A DNA stretch of 63,956 bases, filler included, from Raillietiella orientalis (Eukaryota), in the NCBI GenBank assembly GCA_036172245.1. It is 3 parts of 3 records of this genome, joined end to end, with 100 filler letters (N's around TTAATTAATTAA, not from the genome) between each part and the next. Parts side by side here need not be neighbours in the genome. Positions count along the whole stretch, not along the records: positions 27,858 to 54,998 come from JAYWIR010000213.1; 2 more parts are not named here. The stretch is one strand, 5' to 3'. Made by a program: the position numbers and the translations under genes. Shown piece after piece: positions 27,858-40,800 of this stretch. How positions within the stretch are numbered: the stretch's first letter is position 1; the number at the start of each line of letters is the position of its first letter. Under the pieces are notes generated by a model that was not told where the DNA came from, did no database searches, and saw nothing but the letters and a program-made list of their open reading frames with translations.

Positions 27858-30809
27858 TCGCGTCCTGCACAGCACCGAACTTGCAAATCGCATATAGGGT
27901 TTTCGAGACATTATGACCACGGTGTCCGATCACCCCCTGGTGCGGTTTTACCTAAGAACGGAGAAGCCTCGGCGAAGGCAAGGCATCATGGCGGCGCTCA
28001 TCAGCATGCCCGCCTGGTTCGAAACCCATCCCGGACATCAGGCTGTCCTGAAGACGATTCTGAGGGCAACAACAATCCGAAGAGTCGCCGACTGGGACAG
28101 CCTGAAACACAGGATACACCTGTTTGCAAACATGCAGTTCGGAGATAGGCGCTTGTGGCAGGAGGCGTACCGGGAGCTGAACACCCAAGATCGCTCACTC
28201 TCAAAGTACTTCGATCAGTACGAGAGTCGGTACGTCTTCAAGAACATAAAAGGGGAAGTCGGCGTGCTGGAGAAGAGAAATCTGGCAACAGATATCTTCT
28301 GCATCCAGTACGACGGTCAAAAGCGACAGTCGTCTGAGGACATCGTGGATGCGTTTCAAAGGCATTACACAAAACACTTTAGGCGACAACATCTCTGTCG
28401 CTCTAGTCAACAGACCTTTCTGAGCTACCTCGAGAAGAGGACCGACGATCTGCAGCGGAACAGACTGGAGGAGGAATTCTCCGAAGACGAGGTGAAGACT
28501 GCGTTTGGTCAACTACGCAAGGACGTGGCAGCGGGCTCTGACAGCGTACCCATCACTCACTATCAGCAGTAGTTGCATGTTTACCTGCGTTTGTTCCACC
28601 AGTTGACCCTCTGCATCCGCGAAGAAGGAAGACTTCCACAGTCCTTCTACGAGAGTCGGATGAAATTGTTGCCAAAAGGAGGCGACCTCACTCAGGTCGC
28701 TCAATGGAGGCCATTCTCGATCCTGAACACGGATGCCAAGTGTTTGGCGAAGAACTGGTCCAACCGCTTCGGCAAGGTCATGTCGAGGCTCATCTCTTCG
28801 GTCCAAACGTGTGCAGTCCCTGGACGTCACATGTCGGACAATGTCAAGTGTGCCCAGGCCACCGTCGGACTTAGCCGATACGTCGGCGAGAATCTGGCGC
28901 TGGTGTCCACTGACATGCAGAAGGCTTTCGACTCCATCGACCATGGGATCCTGCTGAAGGTTCTGGAGAAGCTAGGCCTTCCGGAACACTTCAGCAACTT
29001 CGTGAGGGTGGTACTCCATAACCAGTACTGCCGAATCAAAATCAACGGCCAGTAGACGGCAGCAATCCGGATGGAACGGGGAGTCAGCAGGGCGATTCGC
29101 TAAGTCCGATGCTGTTCGTCATCTACATGGAGGTGTTGTCGTCCTTTATCGAGAAGAGCGGACGACTGCAAGGCATAAGAATCGATGGCCAGCGTCTTAC
29201 TCAACTGGCATACGCTGATGATCTACTCTTCTTTATCAAGGGAGAGAGAAATCAACGAGCGTTTCTGGATGTGGTAGACCTGATGGATCAAGGCCTGTGA
29301 TTAAAGTACAACGCCCAGAAAAGCCAGCTCTTGCCCGTTGGAATCTTCGATCTCTTCAGTCTAGCGGGGAGAGGATTTCGAACGGTGGACAAGGCCAAGT
29401 ACCTGGGTGTCTACATTGGCGACGTCTCCGCGTCGAAGCTATTGTGGACCGAGATCCTAGGGAAAACGGCCAAGGAAGCAGCCAAGTACACCCGATCGGA
29501 CCTTGGAATGAAGCGAAAGGCCAACATATGGAATGGAGTACTCCTTCCAAAAGTGCTCTTCGGGGCGGCCTTCGCGAGGATGAACAAGGAAACCACAAGG
29601 GAGTTCGACAAGCTGCAGAGAAAAACACTGTGGGGCCACTATCGCCCAAGAGTCCGACTAAAAGCCCTTTGTCGTCCCAGGGAAGAAGGCGGTTCCGGGA
29701 TGAAGTCGCTTGCACACTTTATAGAAATTATGGATACGCGACACATCCTGGACATTGCCACTCACTGGGATAACTGGCCGTATGCGGCGCACAGGACCTA
29801 CGCGTTGTTGCTGAACAACTCGAAAGGCCTGATGACTGCGCTGCTAGGCCGAGCAGGCGAATGGAAAAAAATCTACCCAACCTGGACGAGGAAGCAACGG
29901 CTGGTGCGAAAGCACAAAATGAAGATCGTGTCGAGAAGAAGGGAACTCTGGTAGGACGAGTCCATGCTGGTGATCCTTTGGATGTTTCCTGTCCCGCCGG
30001 ACACGAGAAGCTATATCCACCAGCGGTCCAGAGTTACCCTTCATCGAATCCAGGAGTGGAAACGAGGAGGGTACCTACATCATACTCGTATACTTAGGTA
30101 TATAGAGATGATGTTAGGAAGGTTAACCCACATGACTCGCGAAGTGTGGTTCAATCACAACGACTTTGCGTGGTCCAGGGTAACCAAAACAAACCTCCGA
30201 AGACTAATTCAAGAAGAACACAGTGATATTAGTGCCTCCCAGGAAGCCGCCGATCGCTACGGGAGTGACCGGATCAATTTGTTAGCGATTGGCCCGACGC
30301 TCTGGAGAAGTGACCTTCCGCCGGGCTCCCTGGATGACCTCCTGATGTTTTATCATGGAGGAATCCAGAGTGGGTCCCGATTGCAGCACTACACCGGAAG
30401 AAGGGAAGATCGAGACTGCACAGCATGTGGAGACATCGACACGAGACTTCACGTATTGACGTGTCCCACATTGCTGCATGACTGGCTGATCCTGAAAAGG
30501 ATCATCGCACTCACCACCAGGTCCGTAATGGAGATCCTCGCCGGGATGTTTCAGGGGGATATTAATGTTCCCTGTTACAATCCCATGGTGAGGACGACCA
30601 TCGCCCTCTTCATCACCGCCACACTTGTGCGGTGGTGGAAGATGAGGAAAGCCAGAAGAGCCGCACCACCGATGGAGATCCTACAAGGGCTCCTGAAGAG
30701 GGAGATCGGCATTGGAAACTGTGGGAAAATCCAAGCCTGGACGTACCGATTCATCCTGAAGAGGATAGAAGACGACGCCCGGGACCAAACAGCAGGAAAC
30801 TCACCATGA
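27858..30809 (+). pseudogene. ORF2 of family X: APE C-terminus, reverse transcriptase, Zn finger (disrupted)
   Basis: SDH (27925), WRPFSILNTD, DMQKAFD, QGDSLSP (frameshifted), YADD (about 29211), YLG, GGSG and CTACG..H..C; in-frame stops at 28572, 29055 and 29954. Confidence 0.93.
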
Positions 30810-30952
30810 GTGCAGAACTTGTGAGAACCCAAGGACTTGATAGTGGGGAAAAAAAAGTGCTAATGGTATGCATGAGATTGTAGTGTGAATGTTTTTATAG
30901 AAAAATTTTAGAAAAATAAATTTACCCCACCCCTCGTGGGACTTGGGGAAAA
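27858..30952 (+). mobile_element. L1/Tx1-like non-LTR retrotransposon, family X copy 1 (cut at contig edge; inserted in ORF1 of Y copy 1)
   Basis: ORF2 remnant and 3' UTR, AATAAA at 30915-30920, terminal hairpin CCCCA...TGGGG then AAAA; the 3' part is collinear with 42832-43930 on the other strand. Confidence 0.9.
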
Positions 30953-32296
30953 CTACTGAGTCGGCGATGGGGCGACTGCATGCAGCGTGCTTTTGCTCGT
31001 CGCGACGCTGCTTTTTACGGCTTTCGTAGCCTTTGTAGAGGGACCTGCGCTGCAGTGGGGCTGTCCGGAACTCGGAAGGGACAACGGAACAGGGCAAGAA
31101 GTCTTCGCACTGTTGCGATCTTCCTGTTTTCCTACCTTTCCCTCCAGGGTGTTACGGAGATTTCCTGGTTCCTGGCTCCGTGGGCAGCGAGGGAGGGCAC
31201 GGCACGCGTCAAACCCTCGCGCTCCTTTTTAATTGGCTTTCCCGCCGTAAATTTTTACTTTTCGGGGCGTTGTGGGCGGGGATGCTTTATTTTCATCCGC
31301 GGATCGCTTGTTGTTTTTTCAGAGTTTTTGCGGACGACGCTTCTTAGTTGTCGCTGCGGCTTTTCGTGCAGTGGTCTCTTGAAACCGACGAATTTCCGCT
31401 GCGGTTCTTTTTCTTGCAAGTACCGGGCACTGTTTGCTTTCGTGCCCGGAATCTTTGCAATAGCGGCATCTTGGAGAGGGACACTCTTTAATTCGGTGCC
31501 CATCCTTGCCGCACTGCTCGCACGCGCGAGTCTGGCCTATGAACCACAGGTGAACGACCGTGCCGTTCAAATGCTGCTGCTTAGGCACAACACGCCTGTT
31601 CGCCACGGTGATCCGCGCGGAGGCTTGTCCAATGTGGACAGAGGGGAAATCCTTCAGAGGATTAGGCCTTCTCCACAAAGCGTGCACGGTGGCGAACTTC
31701 GCCAGCACGCATACGAAATCGCGGTCGGAGATTTCCGGTTCGATGTCGCACAATTGAACGACAAAAGAGTCGTCCATCGCGGTAGGTAGGACTTCCTTGC
31801 CATTGATGGTCAACGGCGCACGGAGAAGGCGCTGCACAAGTGCTGCGTTCTTGCACCGAATCTTCGTATATTCCATCCTGCTAGCAGGCATTATGGAAAG
31901 GAGTTCCTCCTCGCAAACGCCGATCAGGACGAGCTCATCGTTCAGCTCACGACCGATTCTCCCTTTGAGGGGCCCACTGACCTTATAACGGAGTGCAGGC
32001 ATGTATCCTGATGACACATATGCCTGGAACTCCGCATCGCAGAGTCTATGTCTTTGGGATTTAACGGCGGGGTAACTACTCACCGGAGGCGAGGAAACCA
32101 TTACGGAGGATGCGGCCAATTCAAGTGCAGCTGGAGTGCATCCAGTGGCATGCTCCTCCACACTAACCTCTGCACTGGCCATGTTCCACTATGCTACTTG
32201 GCAGATTGCACGGGAACACACAAGTGCAAGCGAAAACGCAGGCACAAAGTTGCCCAATCGTTGGCGCCGATAGACGCGGAAACACGTCTGCACTGC
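30953..32296 (-). mobile_element. Family Y copy 1: 5' end, 5' UTR and 5' part of ORF1 (inserted in the APE of Z1a)
   Basis: Starts GCAGTGCAGACGTGTTTCC, like the 5' end at 41475; collinear with 41475-42831. Confidence 0.85.
31319..32182 (-). pseudogene. ORF1 (gag-like nucleic-acid-binding protein) with two CCHC zinc knuckles; premature stop
   Basis: ATG-initiated 287-aa open frame with CEQCGKDGHRIKEC and CRYCKDSGHESKQC, preceded by an RRM-like region as in Tx1/L1 ORF1s; homology continues past the stop to 30953. Confidence 0.88.
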
Positions 32297-33606
32297 ACGA
32301 GCGTAAGAAATTAAACGGTTCTCCGGAGGGCGGCTATTGTACAGGTGTGGGAGTTCGAAAAGTTGCGGTGTCGCCTGCCTGCTTCGGCCAGCCGTCGAGG
32401 CCGCGGCTCGGGGCGTGCGGTTCGACGATCACGGTCGTGTGGGCCAGCTGACTCTTAGGTGGTCCGACTCGATCGATCTGATCGTCACGAACGTGTACGA
32501 ACAGAGCTGCGCGGACCTGATGACCAAGAGGGCAAGGTAAGAGTTTTTCCTTGCCCTCCGCCGAGACTGGCTGACCAAAGCAGGAGTGTGGAATGCCCAT
32601 CTGGTTGCAGGCGATTTCAACGTTTGCCTGAAACCAGATGCGCAGAATCCCGAGCGTGACCTGGTCAACGAGGTGTGCATGTCGGTGCACACCTGTAATT
32701 TGTTGGCCAGTGCACCGGGGATGGAAGACAGCATTGACCACGTGTTTCTTGACGAGCACCTGTGCCCTCGCGTGGGCAGGCGCGGCAAGTTACCGTGCGA
32801 GCTGTCCGACCATCGCCCGCTAGAACTCGAGATCGATCCGCGCGACAGGAGCCCCCCCTCGTCAGCGTGGCGTCCCCCAGGAAACTGACTGAAGCTCTTG
32901 GACGCGGCGGAACATCTCCGTACGTTCATACGAAGCTTCAGGCTGCGGACACTCCAGGATTGGGACCGCTTCAAGCGGTAGGAAATGGAGTTCTGCAACC
33001 AGTTCCCTCTCCACCGCCTACCTACGGGTTTTAACACCGGGGTCCGTAAAGAACGAGCCTACATACAGGCCCGTCATTACGCCAGAACCCTTGACATCCG
33101 CAGGCTGTCGGAATGCAAAGCGGGAGCAGAGAGGCAAGCCTGGCAGTCCGGATCGGCCAGCTTGCTGGACGATCAGGGCCAGGAGCACTCGGCACCTGCC
33201 CAAATCCGCGGCCTGCTACGGAGTTACTTCTCCTCCCTGTATGCCAGGGCACCTCCGGAAAGGAACGTCTCACGACTCCTGCTTCAGGAAGGCGCTCCAG
33301 CGATCGGATAGGAGGAGAGAAAGATTCTCGATGAGCCTTTCACGATGGACGAGATCCTCTCGGCCATCGGAAAGCTCAAGAGGCGAAAGGCTCCAGGGGA
33401 AGACGGCCTGCCCGCGGGGTTTTACCAAACTTTCGCGGCTGAGCTTACCATCCTGGTACAGCAATTCTCCTTGCTGATACGCGCGACTGGTGACGTTTCC
33501 TCCTCGTTTAGTTCGGCAAAGGTGGGGCTCCTCCCTAAGAGAGATCTGAGAAGCATGAATAACTGGCGTCCCATCACAATAGTGAATGCTGACTCCAAGT
33601 CGCTAG
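32297..33606 (+). mobile_element. Family Z1 copy a, part 1: ORF2 APE, linker and start of RT (disrupted)
   Basis: VTNVY, AGDFN, SIDHVF, LSDHRP, YFSSLYA, KAPGEDG, NWRPITIVNAD; collinear with about 53670-54970 (-). Confidence 0.9.
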
Positions 33607-33956
33607 TTGCCACCCGGTCAAGCCAGGGCGTTTATTTCAAATTCTCTATGATTCGTGGTACGAGGCCCCACTACGGCCTGCTCAGCTGGACCTGCTAGGT
33701 CGCCGGTACATAGACCGGCGCGACTCTCCTCGGCAGCGAAAGGGGATGGGGAAAAAAGAAAAAGAAAAATAAACCATAAAAAACAAAAAGATTTGTTAGG
33801 GTTGGGGAGGGTTTACTGACCACTGGGAAGAGGGTCCGTCCTTTGAAGGTTGCCCTCGAGGTCCGTCCGTATGGTTTCTAGGTGGGGCCATCTGGTCGCA
33901 GTCCGCAGGTAGCGGACTGGCAGTACGACGGCATCCCTGTCGTGGCTCGGTCTTCT
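33607..33956 (-). mobile_element. Family Z2-like short 5'-truncated copy (ORF2 tail and 3' UTR) inserted in Z1a
   Basis: Collinear with 37834-38183; stop at 33813, AATAAA at 33636-33631, conserved terminal hairpin; about 65-70 bp of host missing at the junction. Confidence 0.85.
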
Positions 33957-36218
33957 AACGTTGCTCCTGGGCGAAGCATGGAGGCGAACCTCTTCCACCC
34001 TTCCACGTGGCAAGAGCTCAGACAAGAAAGAAGCTTGCTGCACAGCCGGAATTGCGATGCGTGCGCCGGCAAGGGGTCGGATGGTCGGGTGGGGGAGGGA
34101 GCCCTTGCGGTCGCAATCGACTTGCGGAAACCATTCGATTGCGTCTACCAGAATCTTCATCTGGAGCTTCTGGAACGCTTGGGCTTCCCGGTTTCATTAG
34201 TGGCCTATCTGCGCTCCTGCTGGCGCGACGCGCTTTTCAGCGTTTCTTTCAGCGCCCAGACCGTGCACGGCGTGCCGGTGCGGCGTACGATCCGGCAGGG
34301 AGACAGCCTGAGCCCCTTGCTCTTCAGTAACTACTTTGAATTGGTACTGAGAGAGTACAGGGGAACTCTGGCGCACCTGCCGCACGACTGTGCCGGTACG
34401 CCGGCCGTTTCAGCGTACGCGGACGACCTTCTGCTGCTGCTTCCTATGTCCACCTTGGCCTCGGCGGTCGAGGAGTTCTTCGACCTGCTGCATCGGGGAA
34501 CCGAACTTACGGTGAACGGAGCGAAGTCGTCCGTGATGCCAGTTGGTGCGGCGTGGGCAGGGCAGCAGGACTGGGTCCGTTTGAGAATCCTCACGGTGAG
34601 GTACTTCAAGTACCTTAATGTGCCGTTGGGGGACTACTCACCTGCGGAAGCGTGGTCCTGCTGCCTCCAAAAAGTAGAGACGGCGATCGGTCCGCTCCGA
34701 AGCGGCAGGTTTTTCCTGCCTGAACGGGCCGCTGTTTGGAACACGTTCGCGGCTCCAATCTTTCTCCCCCTGCTATTTGTTTGCCCTTCCACAGAGAGGA
34801 TTAAAATGGGGACAAACGACCTCCTCCGTATCGCTCTTCGGGGCAACGGGAGGGCCCGAGTTCGCTTAAAGGACTTGTGCGCTCCTCGTAGGGATGGTGG
34901 TCTGGGCCTCTCGACGCTGGAGCGGTTGAAGCGTGAGCTCCAGTTCCGAATGTCAGGAATTTTTCCAGAGTTGTTGTGCACCTGTTGGTGCGTCCCTGCA
35001 CGTCTCCTTCTCCAGCAAGCCACCGGCAAGATGGGACTGACGTCGTTTCTTGCACTGCGTCGCCGCGTCAACCGATGCGGGCTTCAGCTACGGAGGGTGG
35101 CTGGCGCTGTACCGGAAAAACCCAGGATTGGTCTCCTGTCGCCCTTTGAACGGTAGTGCCTGGTTACAGGAAACCGTTCGAACGTGGGGACAGTTCGGCA
35201 TGCAACGCTCCTAACAGGAACGAAGGTTCATGTTTGGGGGTTACAGAAGTTGCACGCTCCACGAGATCCTGGAGGATCCAAAGAATAGAGCGTGGGCAGG
35301 AAGAACCCCTCTCGCTGCTGCGCTGCCCTCCCTGATGAAAGGTCTGGAAAGCGATGTTGCGGCGAAGTGGGAGGTTACAGTAAAAATCTCCGGAAAGGAT
35401 AAGAAGATCGGAGAGTGAAAGACGGGCCAGTTAACAGACACTGCGTCCCCGAGTACGCCTCCCAATGGACTTCTGCGCTGGAGCGTGCTGCTCGATGTTC
35501 CTATTGAACATCTGAAGTGGCCCCCTGTGCTCATCAACACTTCCTCCTTCCCCTTGAAATGGCAGTTGTCTGCTCTCCTGTTGCAGCACTTGGGACTCTC
35601 CTGCAACTCCCGCCGACACCACTGGACCTGGGGAGCAGTGGACCCCAATTGCGTCAGGTGTGGGGAACGGGAGTCCCTCCCCCTCCTGCTAGTGGATTGT
35701 GTTGCCCATCTGCCCCTTTGTTTTCGCTTTGCCGCGGCCATCGGAATCCCCTGCGGCACTGAAAGCCCTCTTCGTTGCCGACGCCCTTCGGCCAGCATCC
35801 TCGTTAGCAGCTTTGTGCTGCCTACGCGGGATCGTCACCGCTTGGAGCAAGGCTACGGGAGGACAACGCGACCAGGGTGCCATACAGCCAGCCTCCCAGT
35901 TCCTGAGGAGAGCGTCGTGATGTCCCCACCTGGATCCAAGCATGCAGCAAGAGCTTTGCGGCTTCCTGCAAAGGATGCAACGGCCTTACCAGCTACAGTG
36001 ATCAGTTCCTGTACCCTCCCAGTTTTTTGTTTCGTTTTGGTTTTGTTTTTTGTTTTTCCCCCTCTCCCCTGCTGCCGTGTTGGACCGTGCCGGTCGGCGT
36101 ACTGGTGACCTGGGACGCTCTGTGTTTCTTCGTGCGTGGCTGGAGCAATGGTCCAGCCACCGCACGTCTTTGTAAATGTTTATTTTAGAATAAACTCATC
36201 GGCGAAATCCGGGTGAAA
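33957..36218 (+). mobile_element. Family Z1 copy a, part 2: RT, Zn finger and 3' UTR (3' end inserted in W)
   Basis: DLRKPFD, RQGDSLSP, YADD (34416), GGLGL, CVRCG; stop at about 36001, U-rich UTR, AATAAA at 36189-36194. Confidence 0.92.
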
Positions 36219-36920
36219 ATCGGACACCTTGCGAAGATCGCCCGGGACCTCCAAGGAACCCGGGGCTTCCTCAGGCGGAATGCAGCGACGCAGTTTTTGC
36301 AGCCGCAGATGCGGTTGCTTGGCTGTCGTGCGCCACGCGACGTTGCAGCTCGAGCCACGTGCGCAGGAAGAACAGGTTCGCCTCCATGGACCGCCCGGGA
36401 ACAGCGTAAGACTGCTCCGGACTTACCACGGATCCAGCGATCCTGCGTAGGCACGCTAGGCAGAGCCTGGGGAACAACTTGACGTCCGCATTCACCAAGG
36501 TGATGGGACGCCAGTTGCTTAAATGGCGCATGTCTTCGCCTTTCGGCAAGAGACGCACCCTTGCTGAGCGAAACGAGGCCGGTAGATTGCCCGTCTCTCG
36601 CATCAGCGCAGAAAGCCTCAGCACCAGGGGGATGAGTTTCGCCGCGATGCACAGTAAGAACTCCTCAGGCAGACCATCCTCACCTGGCGCCTTGCGCTTC
36701 TTGAGGCCCGCTATGGCGGAAGACACTTCTTCCGCCGTGATGGCGAGTCAAAAGTGACGCTTTCGTCCTCGTCGACCGCCGGGGAATCCGCCGGCAGGAG
36801 CAGCTCCGAGAGACTGCGTTCCTTCGGCTCCCTAGCATACAACTAGAAATAGTAGCGCTTTAAGAGGCGGCGAACTTCGGCCGCGCCCGAGCACTCCAGG
36901 CCCTGGTCGTCGAGCAGAAT
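36219..36920 (-). mobile_element. Element W: 5'-truncated Y-like ORF2 fragment (linker to RT motif A)
   Basis: LLDDQG, KAPGEDG, NWRPITLVN, ends at DLRKVSD; shares ERSLSELLLP.D.P.VDE with Y (about 45645) rather than with Z1/Z2. Confidence 0.85.
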
Positions 36921-37833
36921 TGGGGGGTCGGCTGTACTGGTAACGCGGCTGCCGCAACTCCTGTGGGGTCGTGTTCCTCGTCAAGTCAGCAATGGACGCT
37001 GCCGTAAAGTGCGTACGCTTTATGACGACGTTCGGGTCGGCCAGGTGATTCTCAGGTGGTTCGACTCGATCGATCTCATTGGCACAAACGTGTATGCTTC
37101 CAGCAGCAGACAGGGCTACAGCGAACGTAACGGGTTGCTGGAAACCCTGATGCGCGATTGGTTGGCGGAAACGAATGTGCGATAGGTTAACCTGATAGCG
37201 AGAGATTTCAATCTTCGCCTGTTAACAGGTGAGCCGGGAACACAATGGGAACTCGATGAACGAGTTGTGCGCCGCCATGCGTGCGCACAACTTGTTCGCA
37301 GATGGAAGGGGAATGGTCCGCAGTATCGATCGCGTCTTCCTCGACGCTGACCTGTGTACGCGTGTCGCCAAACAGGATAAGCTTGCGACGACGCTGTCGG
37401 TCCATTCCCGGTGAACTTTGGGGATGCGTCCGAGCGACAAAGGACCGCCTTCCAGGGTGCGGCATCTGCCGGGAGACTGTACGCGACTCTCAGCTGCGAA
37501 GGAACACCTTCGCGTATTCCTGAGAGACGTTACGCTTCAGAGCTTTAAGGACTGGGACCTCTTTATCGCCTCGTTTCGGGAATTCTGCGAGCAGTTCCCC
37601 CTGGACCGCCTGCCCTTCGGATTTGGCGAGGGCCTTCGCAACCTTCGGCCCTATTTACAGGCTCATCGGTACGAGAGATCCCCTAATGTCCGTCGCCAGG
37701 CCGAGTACTGCGCCAGGGCCGAACGCCAAGCCTGGCAAACCGGGTCGGCCAGCTTACTGGACGACCAGGGACGGGAATTTTCTACCGGCGGCGGTACGCC
37801 ATCTCGTGCGGAATTATTATTCCACCCTTTACG
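36921..37833 (+). mobile_element. Element V part 1 (Z2-like; outermost visible host): APE and linker
   Basis: GGRL, TNVYA, DFN, SIDRVF, WD.F; ends at RNYYSTLY. Confidence 0.85.
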
Positions 37834-40800
37834 TTGCCACTCGGTCACGACGAAGCGTTTATTGTAAACTCTTTTTACAATTTGTGCTACTAGGCCCCAC
37901 TACGGCCAACTCAACAGTACCTGCTGGGTCGCCGGTATGCATACCGGCGCGATTCTCCTCGGCAACGGAAGGGGGTGAGGAAAAACGAAAAGAAAAATGA
38001 AACAGAAAAACAAAAAGAAGTTGAAGGGCGGCGAAGGGATTACGGTCCACTGGGAGGGGTGTCCATCCTTTCTAGGATGCCCTCGAGTTCCGTCCTAATG
38101 ATACCAAGGTGGGGCCATCTAGTTGCAAGCAGCAGGTAGAGGACTGCGAGTTCGACGGCACCCCTCTCGTGGCTCGGTCTTCTGTAATCGCTCCAGCTCA
38201 TCACAATACCTCGGATGCAGCAGAGTGCTGCCAGGGCGGCAGCTGCTCGCAGGGCATCTCGCACGAAAAGAAGCCGAAAAACGTCTCTGGGCTGGCTGCC
38301 CTCCTGCAGCCGTAGGGAGGTGCCAAAAAGCTCCCACAGGGATCGGAGCGCAGCACAATTAACAAGGAGGTGGGCGAGGGTTTCCCGCTCTTCACACCTG
38401 AAGCAGGCGGGATTCACTCGACCCCTAGTCCAGTGGTTGCCGCTTGCGTTGCAGGGTAGACCCCAATGCAACAGCAGAAGTGCCGACTTCTGCCACTTCA
38501 GAGGGAGGTTCGTCGATCCAAAGAAATCCGGGAGCCACATCAGGTCATCCATCGGGATGCCGAGCAGCTCGCGTCTTCTCTTTAGACCACGCAGGAGGAC
38601 ACTTCGGGTAGTGGCATCGGCCAGCTGCGCCGTGGTCCAGCCGCTTAACTTCTTCTCTCTGCCTGCGATTCGGCAGTAGACTTGCCACCTAGGCGTGCGG
38701 CTGCTAAAGAGCGCCCTCCTCAGGAAGGGCATCGCCGTAGCTAGGGGCGTGGTCTCGGCCCACGTGCTCCGGGCAGAACATTGAAAAAAGGTCCGCAGGC
38801 TGCAGCAGGCACGGTTGTAGAATCGCAGGCAGTTGTAGTTTTATTCTCCTTGGGCATTTAACCTCGCCCACGTTCCAACAGATTCCTCCAGCCATGCGCA
38901 GGACTTGGCGGGGCTGCATGCAATCCAGACGTTCTTTTTGACTAATGTTGCCATGCGCCCGAGCAGTGGGCCGCATCTTCTTATCTTCTGGCCTGGGTGC
39001 AGAAGAAAAGACGCGAGTCCATCGCAGCGGGACACACGGCTGGCTAAAAGGCAGGCCGGAATGCACCAAAGGGTGCTGCACATCTTCGCTGCGATGGACA
39101 GGGTACGCCATCGCAGCTGAGACTCCACTCGCTCCAGCGTCAAAAGGCCGAGACCGCCATCCCGACGCGAAGCACACAAGTCCATCAATGGGAGTCGAGG
39201 CCTCCCTGTTCCCCAAAGGGCGATCCTTAGTAGGTCCTTCGTCCGATTCTTCAACTGGGACGGGACGGGGAAACAAAAAGCAGGGGGCGGAGGATGAGAG
39301 CGGCGAACGCATTCCACACCGCGGCCCTTCCCTTTAGGAGAAACCTGTCTTTCAAGAATGGGCCCATCGCCAACTCTACTTTCCGGAGACGACCAGACCA
39401 CATTGCCGAAGGGGAATAGTCGCCCAACGGCACACCAAGGTACTTTAAGCACCTCGCCGAGGGGATCCCCAAACGTATCCAGTCAGGCCGTCCGACATAC
39501 ATCGCAACAAGGGCTAGCACCGAGGACCTCGCCTTATTTACCCGTAGTCCAGTCCCGCGGTTTAGCAGATCGAAAAAATCCTCGACTGCGGCTGCCGGGG
39601 CGGACATGGGCAAAAGGAGCAGAAGTTCATCGGCGTAAGCCGTTAGGGCGGGCGTACCAAGGCACGAGCACGGCAAGGTAGGCAAACTCACCCTGTATGC
39701 TCTCAGCATCAACTCGAAGTAGGAGCTAAAGTGCAGGGGACTCCTGCTGTCGCCCTGCATGATGCTTCGTCGCACCGGCACGCCGTACACGTGTTGACTA
39801 CTTTAAGCGACGTTGATTATAGCATTGCGCCAGCAGGAGCGCAGGTAGGTTAGTAGGGAGGGTGGGAAGCCCATGCGACTCAGGAGCTCAACAAAAGCTC
39901 CTGTTCCACGCAGTCGAACCCTTTATGCAGATAGACCTCGATCTCTAGGGCCCCTTTCTCCACCCCGGGGTCCCTTTCCTGCCCGGCCAGCGCCTTAAAA
40001 GCGGGGTAGCAATTCACACGCTCTAGATCATGTTTACTGCTCTGCCAGCAAAACCATGTGCTCGCGAAGAACACGTTGGCGTCCATACCTCGCCCGCGAA
40101 CAGCGTTAGCCTGTACCGGGCTAATAACGGATTCTACCACCTGTCCTAGACGCGACGCCCACAGTCCGGCGATCAGCTGGGCGTCCGTATTTACAATGGT
40201 GATTGGACGCCAGTTGCTGAGTTCTCTGAGGTCTCCTCCCTTGGAAAGGAGCCTCACTCAGGCTGACCGAAACGAGGCGGGAACATCGCCTTCGTCTCGG
40301 ATAAGCCTTGTCAACTGAAGCACCAGGGGTGCCGACTCTGCCGCGAAGCATAGAAAAAATTCCGCGGGCAGGCCGTCCTCCCCTGGTGCTTTTCGCCTCT
40401 TGAGCCTTTTAATCACGGCGTGAATTTCGACGGTGGTAACAGGCTCCTCGAGGCTTTCCTTCTCCTCCTCCCCTTTTACCGGGGCACCATCCAGAAGCAA
40501 GCGTCAAGTAGCATCTTGTTCCAAAGGCGCCCTGGCGTAGAGGGAGGAATAATAACGCCGCACGAGGTGCCGTATTCTAGCCGGAGCCGAATGCTCCCGG
40601 CCCTGGTCGTCCAGCAAGCTGGCCGACCCCGATTGCCAGGCTTGACGTTCGGCCCGGCTCCGTACTCCGCCAGGCGACGGATGTTAAAAGTCCTTGCGTA
40701 ATGGCGAGCATACAAATACGCTTGTTCGTTACGGACCCCATCCTTAAATCCGGGGGCAGGTGGTGCAAGGGAAACTCCTTGCAGAACCAGCGGACGAAGG

